Assembly (NCBI GenBank): GCA_041482195.1
Contig: JBGPDH010000002.1
Location: 1 to 41,895 of the forward strand
Source of the DNA: Verrucomicrobiia bacterium
Lineage (GTDB): Bacteria; Verrucomicrobiota; Verrucomicrobiia; Limisphaerales; UBA11358
DNA: 41,895 nucleotides
Direction: 5' to 3'
In this document: piece after piece, positions 8,237-16,815 of the stretch
Layout: every line of letters begins with the position of its first letter
How positions within the stretch are numbered: the stretch's first letter is position 1
Position numbers and translations under genes: made by a program
Notes under the pieces: model-generated
Database searches by the model: none
What the model was told of the DNA's origin: nothing
Seen by the model: the letters and a program-made list of their open reading frames with translations, nothing else

Positions 8237-8962
8237 ATGGCACGTAATCCGATCATTGCCGCCCTGGATGTGCCGACGATCGAGGCCGCCCTGGAGCTGG
8301 CCAAGAAAATTGCGCCGGTCGTTGGTGGTTTCAAAATAGGGAGTGAACTGTTCACCGCCGCCGGACCAGAGATTGTCCGCCGGATCCGCGCAACCGGCGC
8401 AGCGGTGTTTCTGGACATGAAATTCCATGACATCCCGAACACGGTGGCCGGAGCCGTGGCTTCAGCCGTACGGCTGGACGTGCAAATGCTCACAGTCCAT
8501 GCCGCCGGCGGGGTGGACATGCTTAAGGCCGCCGAACAATCCGCGCAGGAAACTGCCTGGGAGCTCGGCCACGCCCCACCGCTCGTGCTGGGGGTGACCG
8601 TGTTAACGAGCCTCGACAGCCAGGCGTTAAGCGAGATTGGTCTGGATCCGAATGTCACTCGCCAGGTGCGTCGCCTGGCCAACATGGCCGCCAAATCCGG
8701 TCTGCGCGGCCTGGTCTGTTCGCCGCTGGAAGTGGCCGAGCTCCGTCAAATATTGACCGCTGGCGTGCAACTGGTGACGCCGGGCATCCGGCCCGAGACC
8801 CATGCCGCCGATGATCAAAAGCGCACGCTCACTCCCCGCGAAGCCATTGCGGCCGGTGCCAACTGGCTGGTGATTGGCCGTCCCATTTGCGCCGCTCCCG
8901 ACCCGCGCGCCGCGGCAGAGAAAATTCTGGAATCACTGACGCAGGTCCGGCATCTGGTCTGA
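8237..8962 (+). CDS. pyrF: orotidine 5'-phosphate decarboxylase
   Basis: 241 aa. It has IIAALDV, the catalytic motif FLDMKFHDIPNTV (DxKxxD) and LVIGRPI at the C-terminus. Confidence 0.93.
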   Translation: MARNPIIAALDVPTIEAALELAKKIAPVVGGFKIGSELFTAAGPEIVRRIRATGAAVFLDMKFHDIPNTVAGAVASAVRLDVQMLTVHAAGGVDMLKAAEQSAQETAWELGHAPPLVLGVTVLTSLDSQALSEIGLDPNVTRQVRRLANMAAKSGLRGLVCSPLEVAELRQILTAGVQLVTPGIRPETHAADDQKRTLTPREAIAAGANWLVIGRPICAAPDPRAAAEKILESLTQVRHLV

Positions 8963-8981
8963 CCCAAATTCCGGTGAGGTG

Positions 8982-10241
8982 CTAACCGGCAAATTTCTTG
9001 GCCGCGATGCTGGCGTTGTGGCCGCCGAAACCGAAGGAATTGTTGATGACGGCGTTGATCTTCAACTCGCGCGCCGTGTTGGGCACGTAATCCAGATCGC
9101 ATTCTGGATCGGGCACCTGATAATTGAGGGTCGGCGGGGCAATACTATGTTTGATGGCCAGTGCACAGACGGCCATTTCCACCGCACCCGCCGCGCCGAG
9201 CATGTGGCCGGTCGCACCTTTGGTCGAACTGACGGCGATTTTTTTCGCGCGTTCACCAAAGACGGTCTTGATGGCCTGTGTCTCGCAAACATCACCCTGG
9301 GGCGTGGAAGTGCCGTGGGCGTTGATATAGGAAACGTCCTCGGGCCTTAACCGGCCGTTATTCAAGGCCATCTTCATACAACGCACCGCGCCTTCGCCCT
9401 CCGGTGCCGGCGCGGTCAGATGGTAGGCATCGGCGGTGTTCCCGTAGCCAACGACTTCACAATAGATTTTCGCACTGCGCTTTTTGGCGTGCTCCAATTC
9501 CTCGAGCACGATGACGCCCGCGCCTTCGCCCATGATGAAACCGTCGCGTTCCTTGTCGAACGGGCGGGAGGCATGCTGGGGGTCCTCGTTGCGCCGGCTC
9601 ATCGCCCTCATCGCGCAAAAGCCGCCGATGCCGATGGGCACGATGGCCGCCTCCGCACCGCCGGCGAACATGATCTGCGCGTCGCCCATCTTGATGGCGC
9701 GCCAGGCCTCGCCGATGGCGTGGTTGGCCGTGGCACAGGCGGAGCAGGTGGCAAAGTTGGGACCACGTAAATTGTAATACATCGAGAACAAGCCCGACGC
9801 CATGTTGCTGATGAGCATCGGGATCATGAACGGCGACAGCCGGCCCGCCCCGCGGTCACGCAAAATCTCGAGCTGTCCGGTGGTGGTGGACAGGCCACCG
9901 ATGCCCGAGCCGATAATGACGCCGATTTCGTCGCGGTTTTCCTTTTCCAGGTCAAGGCCGGCATCGAGCAGGGCCTGGTATCCGGCATAAACACCAAATT
10001 GCGAATACCGGTCTGTCCGCCGGATTTCCTTGGGTGAGGGGAATGCGGGTACCGGATCAAAATCCTTCACCTCGCCGGCAATCTGGGTATCGAACGGCGT
10101 CGGATCAAAACTCTTTATCCGGTCAAGGCCACACCGCCCGGCGATGAGGTCTTTCCAGAAAGCGCCGAGTTGATGTCCCAGCGGCGTCACCACGCCCAGG
10201 CCGGTAATGACGACACGGCGGTCTGTCCAGTTATTTGCCAT
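8982..10241 (-). CDS. fabF: beta-ketoacyl-ACP synthase II
   Basis: 419 aa. It has the active-site Cys context ([15 protein letters not shown]), the His motifs ([11 protein letters not shown] and [11 protein letters not shown]) and the C-terminal [10 protein letters not shown]. Confidence 0.95.
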   Translation of the reverse strand: MANNWTDRRVVITGLGVVTPLGHQLGAFWKDLIAGRCGLDRIKSFDPTPFDTQIAGEVKDFDPVPAFPSPKEIRRTDRYSQFGVYAGYQALLDAGLDLEKENRDEIGVIIGSGIGGLSTTTGQLEILRDRGAGRLSPFMIPMLISNMASGLFSMYYNLRGPNFATCSACATANHAIGEAWRAIKMGDAQIMFAGGAEAAIVPIGIGGFCAMRAMSRRNEDPQHASRPFDKERDGFIMGEGAGVIVLEELEHAKKRSAKIYCEVVGYGNTADAYHLTAPAPEGEGAVRCMKMALNNGRLRPEDVSYINAHGTSTPQGDVCETQAIKTVFGERAKKIAVSSTKGATGHMLGAAGAVEMAVCALAIKHSIAPPTLNYQVPDPECDLDYVPNTARELKINAVINNSFGFGGHNASIAAKKFAG

Positions 10242-10287
10242 AAAATTAAAGGGGGCAGTTCAAGCTGAATTCAGCCGAAACTGCCCC
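10242..10287 (-). terminator. stem-loop with U-rich tail between acpP and fabF (partial terminator / processing hairpin)
   Basis: The stem is ggggcagtt (10252-10260) / aactgcccc (10279-10287), enclosing the perfect 12-bp palindrome gctgaattcagc. On the minus strand the hairpin is followed by CTTTAATTTT, which abuts the fabF ATG. Confidence 0.5.
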
Positions 10288-10306
10288 GAAGCCTTCAAAG
10301 GTGCAA

Positions 10307-10552
10307 CTATTTTTGCTGATGTTCTTCGATGTACTTGACCACGTCGCCGACGGTCAGGAGTTTTTCCGCCTGTTCGTCCGGCACCTCGATGCCGAACTCC
10401 TCCTCCAGCGCCATGATCAGCTCGACCGTGTCGAGCGAATCCGCCCCGAGGTCCTCGATGAATTTGGCCTCCGGGGTGACCTGGTCCGGCTTGACGCCGA
10501 GTTGTTCAACAATAATGTCCCTTACACGTTGGTCTATAGGTTTGTCAGCCAT
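10307..10552 (-). CDS. acpP: acyl carrier protein
   Basis: 81 aa with the phosphopantetheine attachment motif [20 protein letters not shown]. Confidence 0.97.
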   Translation of the reverse strand: MADKPIDQRVRDIIVEQLGVKPDQVTPEAKFIEDLGADSLDTVELIMALEEEFGIEVPDEQAEKLLTVGDVVKYIEEHQQK

Positions 10553-10657
10553 AATTTAAATTTTGCCCAGTCTCTATGCCATGAATGGCAGAATCGTCAA
10601 GCTCCAATCACAAAATTTTTCTGCGTCAAAATTGTGTAAAAGCGACATTTGAACATT

Positions 10658-11401
10658 TTACATCACCATGCCGCCGTCCACGGCCAGGACCTGGCCCGTG
10701 ATGTAACGGGCCGCCGGGCCGGCCAGGAACACCGCCGCGCCCGCAATGTCGTCGGGCTGCCCGAAATTGCCCAACGGAATTTGCTTCAGCACCGTGGCGC
10801 GAAACTCCTCCTTTAAGCCCGCGGTCATGTCCGTTTCGATAAATCCCGGGGCCAGTGCATTCACCGTGATGCCGCGGGAAGCCATCTCGCGCGCCACCGA
10901 CTTCGTAAAGCCAATCAACCCGGCCTTGCTCGCCGCGTAATTACACTGGCCTGCGTTGCCGATCAAACCGATGACCGAGGCCACATTGATGATGCGTCCG
11001 GAACGCTGCTTGAGCAGCGCCCGGCTGAACGCCTTCGTAAACAGAAAGGCGCCTTTCAAATTCGTGTCCAGCACCGCGTCCCAGTCCGCCTCGCTCATGC
11101 GCATCAGCAAATCATCCCGCGTCACCCCGGCGTTGTTTACCAGGATATCCACCCGGCCGCAGTCGGTCAGGATTTTTTCGGCAGCAGCACTGACGGCAGC
11201 AGCGTCCGCTACATCCACGGCATGCGCCCAGGCTTTGCGGCCCAGGGCGCGGATTTCTCCGGACACCTTTTCGGAGTTTTCCTGCGTGCGCGAAACGGAG
11301 GCGACATCCGCCCCTTCGGCGGCAAATTTCAACGCGATGGCGCGGCCAATGCCCCGGCCCGCGCCGGTGACGACAGCGATTTGGTTGGCAAGTTGACTCA
11401 T
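10658..11401 (-). CDS. fabG: 3-oxoacyl-ACP reductase
   Basis: Track ORF 10658-11476, trimmed to ATG 11401 (MSQLANQIAVVTGAGRGIGRAIA). It has the SDR Rossmann motif TGxxxGIG, the NNAG motif and catalytic YAASKAG. The upstream 25 codons of the track ORF are the intergenic hairpin. Confidence 0.92.
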   Translation of the reverse strand: MSQLANQIAVVTGAGRGIGRAIALKFAAEGADVASVSRTQENSEKVSGEIRALGRKAWAHAVDVADAAAVSAAAEKILTDCGRVDILVNNAGVTRDDLLMRMSEADWDAVLDTNLKGAFLFTKAFSRALLKQRSGRIINVASVIGLIGNAGQCNYAASKAGLIGFTKSVAREMASRGITVNALAPGFIETDMTAGLKEEFRATVLKQIPLGNFGQPDDIAGAAVFLAGPAARYITGQVLAVDGGMVM

Positions 11402-11417
11402 GTTTGAAATTGAGTGA

Positions 11418-11490
11418 GTAGGTTGTAGTGGGGAGTCAGTAGAAAGACCAGACGAAACGCAACCACTACTGACCACTGGCTACAAGCTAC
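11418..11490. repeat. imperfect 25-bp-arm inverted repeat in the fabD-fabG spacer (family F4-like)
   Basis: The left arm is GTAGGTTGTAGTGGGGAGTCAGTAG (11418-11442). The reverse complement of the right arm is GTAGCTTGTAGCCAGTGGTCAGTAG (11466-11490). 19 of 25 positions are complementary, with the mismatches clustered centrally. The right arm abuts the fabD stop. Confidence 0.7.
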
Positions 11491-12419
11491 TAACTTGCCA
11501 ATGCCTTGGCAGTGGCTTCCAAACTCGCCACGTCCGCCACGTTCAACATCTGTACTTTTTTGTCAATCCGCTTCATAAAACCGCTCAACGCCGTGCCGGG
11601 ACCGAGTTCGATGAAGCACGTGAACTCCTGGGCCAGCAGCGTGCGCATCGATTGTTCCCAGAGCACCGGTGACGTGACCTGCTCGACCAATCGCTCCCGG
11701 ATGCCGCTCGGTCGGCCATGCGGCAGCGCGGTCACGTTTGAGATCACCGGCACATTCGGAGCTGCAAGGTTGATTTTCTCCAGTTCGGTTTGCAACTTTG
11801 GCCGGGCGCCGGCCATGAGGGGCGAATGATAAGCACCGGCGACGGGCAGCGGAATCGCGCGCTTGGCACCCCGGGCTTTGGCCAGATCAACGGCTTTGGT
11901 GATTTTGTCTGCTTCGCCTGAGATCACCAGCTGGCCCGGACAATTGAGGTTCGCCAAAACGACACCGGCTTCGGCGCAAACTTCACGTGTCGGCGCCACA
12001 TCCAGGCCGATGACCGCCGCCATGCCGCCGCGCGTGACGTCACAGGCTTCCTGCATAAATTGACCGCGCTGGCGCACCACCCGCAGGCCGTCCTCAAAAC
12101 TCATCGCCCCCGCAGCCGCGAGCGCCGTGAATTCACCGAGCGACAATCCGGCGGTCGCCTCAAATTTCAAATCAGGCACTTGTTCCTTGAGCAGCTCAAA
12201 CGCAATCCAACTGGCGAGAAAAATACCCGGTTGCGCGTTCCCGGTTTTGGTCAGTTCCGGTTCCGGCCCGTTAAAGCAAATACCAGCAAGGTCATAACCC
12301 AGGACGGTGTTGGCGCGGTCGAACCACGCTCGGGCGGAGGGAAATTTTTCCGCAAGGTCCCTGCCCATGCCGACAACCTGCGCGCCCTGTCCGGCAAAGA
12401 GAAGTGCGGTTTTGCTCAT
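11490..12419 (-). CDS. fabD: malonyl-CoA:ACP transacylase
   Basis: 309 aa. It has the FAGQGAQ N-terminus, the active-site nucleophile motif GLSLGEF (GxSxG) and AGAYHSPLM. Confidence 0.92.
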   Translation of the reverse strand: MSKTALLFAGQGAQVVGMGRDLAEKFPSARAWFDRANTVLGYDLAGICFNGPEPELTKTGNAQPGIFLASWIAFELLKEQVPDLKFEATAGLSLGEFTALAAAGAMSFEDGLRVVRQRGQFMQEACDVTRGGMAAVIGLDVAPTREVCAEAGVVLANLNCPGQLVISGEADKITKAVDLAKARGAKRAIPLPVAGAYHSPLMAGARPKLQTELEKINLAAPNVPVISNVTALPHGRPSGIRERLVEQVTSPVLWEQSMRTLLAQEFTCFIELGPGTALSGFMKRIDKKVQMLNVADVASLEATAKALAS

Positions 12420-12481
12420 TGAGTGCGCGAACTAAACACCAATTTGGGTCCCGATGAAAGCAGAGAATATTCGGGATTTGT

Positions 12482-12510
12482 TTGACATTAGTTCAGCTGG
12501 TGATTATTCT
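12482..12510 (+). promoter_or_regulatory. candidate sigma70-type promoter for the 872-aa secreted-protein gene
   Basis: TTGACA (12482-12487), a 17-nt spacer, then TATTCT (12505-12510), about 20 nt upstream of ATG 12530. Pattern match only. Confidence 0.35.
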
Positions 12511-12529
12511 AAATTATTGAATAAGACTT

Positions 12530-15148
12530 ATGATTGTGCGGTCTTATAAATTCGCCCCGGTCGCCAGCTTGTTGATTTTTTTGGCCAACGCCCAGAGTCT
12601 CGCAGCAGACCAGATCGTTCTCCAATACTATCCTGCCGGGTCACAGGGAACGCTTGCCTTGCATTCGACTCTGGATTTGCCGGTGAGCGGGATGTATCCC
12701 GAATACACGATTCTACGCAGTACCAACCTGCAGACCTGGGAATCTGTTGCCGGCCCCGTGAGCGGCGGGGTCGGGGTGTCTGACGAATTACTGCGTTGCG
12801 CGGTGCCGCTGGCTGGCGAGCAGGCGTTCTATCGCGTCGTCGCGAACATAAAAGTCGCCTCACCGGAAAGCAGCCGGCTGGGAGACGTTATTTATGGTTA
12901 TGGCACCGAGTTCGGTCGTCAGATCCAGCAAGTCGGACAGCTTCCGCTCAATGATTTCGTCAGCCTTTACGCGCCAACAAACCTGTATCTTCAACAAATC
13001 TCCTTCGACCCGACCTCCGTGGAGTATTGGACTCCTTTCAATCTCCATTTTCCATTGAACACGAATGAGCTCACCGTTTTTCAAACAAACGGTTTTGTCG
13101 TGAGCGGTCGGTTGGGTACTTATAGTTTCGCGGATTCTTTCTACAAAGTGTTCACCGCTGATCTCCCGGTTTTCTTTTCCGGTGATGCCGCGCTGCATGC
13201 CTGGCACCGATCGTACGAAACAATGCTGGAGGAACTCGAAGAAACGTATCTTGCTCCGACCCTGCAATCGGTCATTGAAGGCATGAGCGGGCAGGTGTCG
13301 AGCCTTTCGTCCCAGTCGTCAGGCACCGCTTTGGACGATGGCGTGTGGTACGCGGATTATTTTCTGGCGGTCGCGCGTTCACTCATCACGGGCACAAACT
13401 ATTACGGGTCGCTTGGTCAAAATGCGGACATCCAGGCGACGCTCACCGCCATCAGCAATCAACTGCCGGCGACTTCTATCCCCCTGTTTGATACCAATCG
13501 CATCGTGGACTGCTCTCAATTCACAGTGCGCGGCCATTACGAAACGTCCCCGCGGCTTCAGAGATATTTTCGGGCGATGATGTGGTGCGGATTGATTGAC
13601 TTCCGTTTCACCGGCTCAACCAACGACAATTCCCTCCGCGAATTGTCCGGCGCGGTGGCCATGCACCTGTTGATGAAAAACTCCGGCCAATTCACCAACT
13701 GGCAGAAGATTGATAACGTTGTCCAGATGTTCGTCGGCCTGCCGGATTCCATGAATTTTGCACAGCTGGGCGACCTGATGACGGCGGCGAACATTCAGTC
13801 GCCCTCCAGCCTGCCGAACACTGCATCGCTGGTGAACCTGCAATCTAATATCATGGCTGGCCAGTTGGGTGTGCAGAACATTCAGAGCGGCTATTTTTTC
13901 TCGCCATGGTCACGGCAGCAAATCAAGCTCCCACGGTCCTTTACCGTTTTGGGCCAGCGTTTTGTGCTGGATGCGTGGGCGATGAACCAGTGTGTTTTCG
14001 ACCGCATCGTCTGGGACACAAACGGCATCCCGGAGTTTGAAGACAAGGTGATGCGGCGCGTGCCCAGCGCTTTGGATATCGCCTTCTCAGTCCTCGGAAA
14101 CGACCAGACCGTGCCGCAGATCACATCGCGCATTGCCAACACCAATGGCCTGCCCTGGCGCGACGGTTATCCGTATCAACATAACCTGACCGCAGTCCGA
14201 CGGGTGATTGACGCGCAAGATCCTTCTGTCTGGACCAACAACATTTACTTTTACTGGCTCGCCAGCTTGCGAGAACTATCCGCACCCACGACCGATCCGG
14301 CTTACCCGGATGCCATGCGCACCACGGCGTGGGCCATGAAAACACTGAATACGCAACTCGCCTCATGGACGGAACTGCGTCATGACACCGTGCTCTACGT
14401 CAAGCAGCCCTACACCGGACAGATTTTGTGTTCTTATCCGGATGGTTTCATTGAACCAAGGGTCAGCTTCTGGCAGCGCATGAGTGATATGGCGCTGCGC
14501 ACGAAGGATTTGATGGCCACCCTTCCCAACACCGGGCAGTTTGTATTCGAACCCAATAATGCCTCTGATACAGCTTTCACGTATTCGATCGGTGACATTT
14601 ACACAAATCGGATGCAATTCCTTGACAACTTCGCGACACAAATGACCATGCTGCGGGGCATATCGGCAAAGGAGTTGAGCCGCCAACCGCTGACCAGCAA
14701 CGAAGTCTTTTTCATTCAAAGCCTGATTGAGAATCCAAACAATTACGGCGGCGCGCGCTCCTTTAGCGGCTGGTATCCACATATTTTTTATTACAACGCC
14801 CGGGCGCAGCGGTCGCTCCTTCCACCGTGCGACATGTGGGATGCGCTGGTCACGGACGTGCATACCGACCCAACGGAGCCTCTGGTCGGCGACCCGGGAT
14901 GCATTCTGCACGAAGGCGTGGGAAATATTAATCTCCTGGTGATTGCCGTGAACTGGGGAACGAACGACGCTGCCGTTTATGCCGGACCGGTGATGAGCCA
15001 CTATGAATTTGAACTCGGCCCGGCCACCCGAGAAACCGATTCGCAATGGAAAACCGATGCCCGCGCCGGGAACCTGCCACCACAACCAGATTGGACCGAT
15101 TCGTATCTGATTCCCGGCACATTTACTTTTCCGCCCGGGATTTACTGA
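12530..15148 (+). CDS. large secreted protein: N-terminal STxLxxW...FYRV beta-module plus a long domain resembling DUF3160 (assignment from memory, uncertain)
   Basis: 872-aa uninterrupted ORF with a signal peptide (MIVRSYKFAPVASLLIFLANAQSLAADQ). The N-terminal module is YTILRSTNLQTWESV...EQAFYRVVA. The central region RGHYETSPRLQRYFRAMMWCG recalls DUF3160 proteins. The coding call is strong and the function is unknown. Confidence 0.7.
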   Translation: MIVRSYKFAPVASLLIFLANAQSLAADQIVLQYYPAGSQGTLALHSTLDLPVSGMYPEYTILRSTNLQTWESVAGPVSGGVGVSDELLRCAVPLAGEQAFYRVVANIKVASPESSRLGDVIYGYGTEFGRQIQQVGQLPLNDFVSLYAPTNLYLQQISFDPTSVEYWTPFNLHFPLNTNELTVFQTNGFVVSGRLGTYSFADSFYKVFTADLPVFFSGDAALHAWHRSYETMLEELEETYLAPTLQSVIEGMSGQVSSLSSQSSGTALDDGVWYADYFLAVARSLITGTNYYGSLGQNADIQATLTAISNQLPATSIPLFDTNRIVDCSQFTVRGHYETSPRLQRYFRAMMWCGLIDFRFTGSTNDNSLRELSGAVAMHLLMKNSGQFTNWQKIDNVVQMFVGLPDSMNFAQLGDLMTAANIQSPSSLPNTASLVNLQSNIMAGQLGVQNIQSGYFFSPWSRQQIKLPRSFTVLGQRFVLDAWAMNQCVFDRIVWDTNGIPEFEDKVMRRVPSALDIAFSVLGNDQTVPQITSRIANTNGLPWRDGYPYQHNLTAVRRVIDAQDPSVWTNNIYFYWLASLRELSAPTTDPAYPDAMRTTAWAMKTLNTQLASWTELRHDTVLYVKQPYTGQILCSYPDGFIEPRVSFWQRMSDMALRTKDLMATLPNTGQFVFEPNNASDTAFTYSIGDIYTNRMQFLDNFATQMTMLRGISAKELSRQPLTSNEVFFIQSLIENPNNYGGARSFSGWYPHIFYYNARAQRSLLPPCDMWDALVTDVHTDPTEPLVGDPGCILHEGVGNINLLVIAVNWGTNDAAVYAGPVMSHYEFELGPATRETDSQWKTDARAGNLPPQPDWTDSYLIPGTFTFPPGIY

Positions 15149-15155
15149 ACCGCAC

Positions 15156-15716
15156 TCATTGCCTCTGATACATGCCCATTAATCGGCCTTCTCCAAGAAC
15201 ATGGCCTTCCATCGCGTTGAGCACCTCTCTTTTGGTCGCGCCGGATTTCAAATTGAGCATCGTGTCGAGCGCGTAGATTTTGAAAAAGTAACGATGGGGC
15301 TTGCCGGGAGGTGGGCAGGGACCGCCGTAACCGGGTTGTCGGAAATCGTTGATGCCCTGTTTCGAGCCGTCTGGAAGTTCCGGCGACGACGGAAAATTCT
15401 CCGCGAGTGCCATCGTGGCCGGAGGCAGGTTGTAAAGCACCCAATGCACCCAGGTACCTGCCGGTGCATCGGGATCATCGGCGATGAGCGCGAAACTTTT
15501 GACGCCGGCGGGTGCGTTGGCCCATTGCAATGGCGTTGAAATGTTCGGTCCGGCACAGGTGTATTTATCGGGAATCGTCCGGCCTTCGGCAAATGCGGTG
15601 CTGGTAACATGCATGTTCATAACTGGCTCCTTGGCGGTTTTGGATTCATCCGCACAACTGGCCGCGACCAGAGAAAACCACGCCGCGGCAAACAAGAAAC
15701 TCATTCGCGTGCTCAT
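15156..15716 (-). CDS. YbhB/YbcL-family PEBP (Raf kinase inhibitor-like) lipoprotein
   Basis: Track ORF 15156-15743, trimmed to ATG 15716. This gives a lipoprotein-like signal (MSTRMSFLFAAAWFSLVAASC). PEBP motifs are present: ALIADDPDAPAGTWVHWVLYN and GYGGPCPPPGKPHRYFFKIYALD. Confidence 0.85.
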   Translation of the reverse strand: MSTRMSFLFAAAWFSLVAASCADESKTAKEPVMNMHVTSTAFAEGRTIPDKYTCAGPNISTPLQWANAPAGVKSFALIADDPDAPAGTWVHWVLYNLPPATMALAENFPSSPELPDGSKQGINDFRQPGYGGPCPPPGKPHRYFFKIYALDTMLNLKSGATKREVLNAMEGHVLGEGRLMGMYQRQ

Positions 15717-15779
15717 GCCTTCATACTGGCGCGCGTGTGACACTTGTTCAAGCGCGCCGTTTCAGTTTAAGCTGGCCGC

Positions 15780-16778
15780 GTGACCGTCCTCGAAGCGATT
15801 CAGAAAAGCACGGAATTTCTGGCCAAAAAAGGCTGCGAATCGCCGCGCCTGCAGACCGAATGGCTGTTGGCACATCTCCTCCAAATGCCGCGCATGAAGT
15901 TGTATCTGAACTTTGAACGCGGGCTGACCGTGGCGGAGACGGACGCGTTGCGTGAACTCGTCAAACGCCGCGGCCAACATGAACCCCTGCAACACCTTAC
16001 CGGTTCAACTTCGTTTTGCGGACTGGAAATTCTCGTGAACCGTCATGCCCTGGTGCCGCGACCGGAAACAGAATTGCTCGCCGAAGAAGGCTGGCAATTC
16101 CTGAATGGTCTATCGGCGGGGCGAGTTACACGAGTTCCTGAAATCCAAAGAGGAGTTGGAGACTCGCAGAGCTCGCCCCTCCGGGTGTTGGACCTCGGCA
16201 CCGGCACCGGGTGCATCGCCATTGCCCTGGCGGTCAAATGTCCCGACACGAAAATTATAGCTACCGACCTCTCGTCGGACGCACTGGCACTGGCCAGGGA
16301 AAACGCGGCACGCCATGGGGTTGCCGGGCGCATTCAGTTCTTACAGGGTGACGGCTTTGCCGCACTTGAATCGGAAGGACGAGTTACACGAGTCCCGGAA
16401 TCAAACCTGGACATTGGGGACTCGCTGAGTTCGTCCCTCCGAAAATATGATCTGATTGTCAGCAATCCACCCTACATTCCGTCCGTTGAAATCAACTCAT
16501 TGCAACCGGAAGTGCGGGATTTTGACCCGCACGCCGCACTGGACGGCGGGGCGGATGGTCTCAATTTTTATCGGATGTTTTCGTCACAGGCGCAATCGTT
16601 TTTAAAGCCGGGTGGCAAGCTCATGCTGGAATTCGGCGACGGCCAGGCGGAAGCCATCCGACGGATTTTTGAGACGGAAAAGTGGATTGTCGAAGCCATG
16701 AAGGAAGACTACTCTCACCGCGCCAGAATCCTGATCGCCAAATCGTCCTCGTCATCGTCCTCGTCATCGGAAGATTGA
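15780..16778 (+). CDS. prmC: peptide chain release factor N5-glutamine methyltransferase
   Basis: 332 aa with a GTG start. It has the SAM motif VLDLGTGTGCIAIALA and the catalytic motif IVSNPPYIP. It contains two 23-aa in-frame inserts (F1 repeats) and a poly-Ser C-terminal tail encoded by an F2 repeat arm. Confidence 0.9.
   Translation: MTVLEAIQKSTEFLAKKGCESPRLQTEWLLAHLLQMPRMKLYLNFERGLTVAETDALRELVKRRGQHEPLQHLTGSTSFCGLEILVNRHALVPRPETELLAEEGWQFLNGLSAGRVTRVPEIQRGVGDSQSSPLRVLDLGTGTGCIAIALAVKCPDTKIIATDLSSDALALARENAARHGVAGRIQFLQGDGFAALESEGRVTRVPESNLDIGDSLSSSLRKYDLIVSNPPYIPSVEINSLQPEVRDFDPHAALDGGADGLNFYRMFSSQAQSFLKPGGKLMLEFGDGQAEAIRRIFETEKWIVEAMKEDYSHRARILIAKSSSSSSSSSED
16115..16182 (+). repeat. 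68-bp palindromic element (family F1), in-frame copy 1 in prmC
   Basis: The sequence is GGCGGGGCGAGTTACACGAGTTCC-TGAAATCCAAAGAGGAGTT-GGAGACTCGCAGAGCTCGCCCCTCC. The terminal arms GGGGCGAG / CTCGCCCC and CGAGT / ACTCG are complementary. It translates as SAGRVTRVPEIQRGVGDSQSSPL, immediately before the LDLGTG SAM motif. Confidence 0.88.
16373..16440 (+). repeat. 68-bp palindromic element (family F1), in-frame copy 2 in prmC
   Basis: The sequence is GGAAGGACGAGTTACACGAGTCCC-GGAATCAAACCTGGACATT-GGGGACTCGCTGAGTTCGTCCCTCC. It translates as EGRVTRVPESNLDIGDSLSSSLR, immediately before the NPPY block. The arm changes relative to copy 1 (GGGGCGAG/CTCGCCCC versus GGACGA/TCGTCC) are compensatory. Confidence 0.88.
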
Positions 16779-16806
16779 AACCGAGGAGGAGGAGGACGAG
16801 AACGAG
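16743..16806. repeat. CTC/GAG triplet-type imperfect inverted repeat (family F2, copy B) spanning the prmC stop and murA leader
   Basis: The left arm is tcgtcctcgtcatcgtcctcgtcatcgg (16743-16770), the loop is aagattgaaa, and the right arm is ccgaggaggaggaggacgagaacgag (16781-16806). The pairing has a mismatch at roughly every third position. The left arm encodes the SSSSSSSSSSED tail of PrmC. Confidence 0.7.
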
Positions 16807-16815
16807 AAATATATC

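Noticed and set aside
6792-8243. The long N-terminal extensions of track ORFs: hisD to 8243, fabG to 11476, ampG to 33404, the permease to 28123, the LptE-like gene to 21279, and the 112-aa gene to 18969.
   Set aside because: The extensions overlap divergent or antisense genes, run through hairpins or terminators, or precede obvious signal peptides. Internal ATG starts restore normal family lengths.
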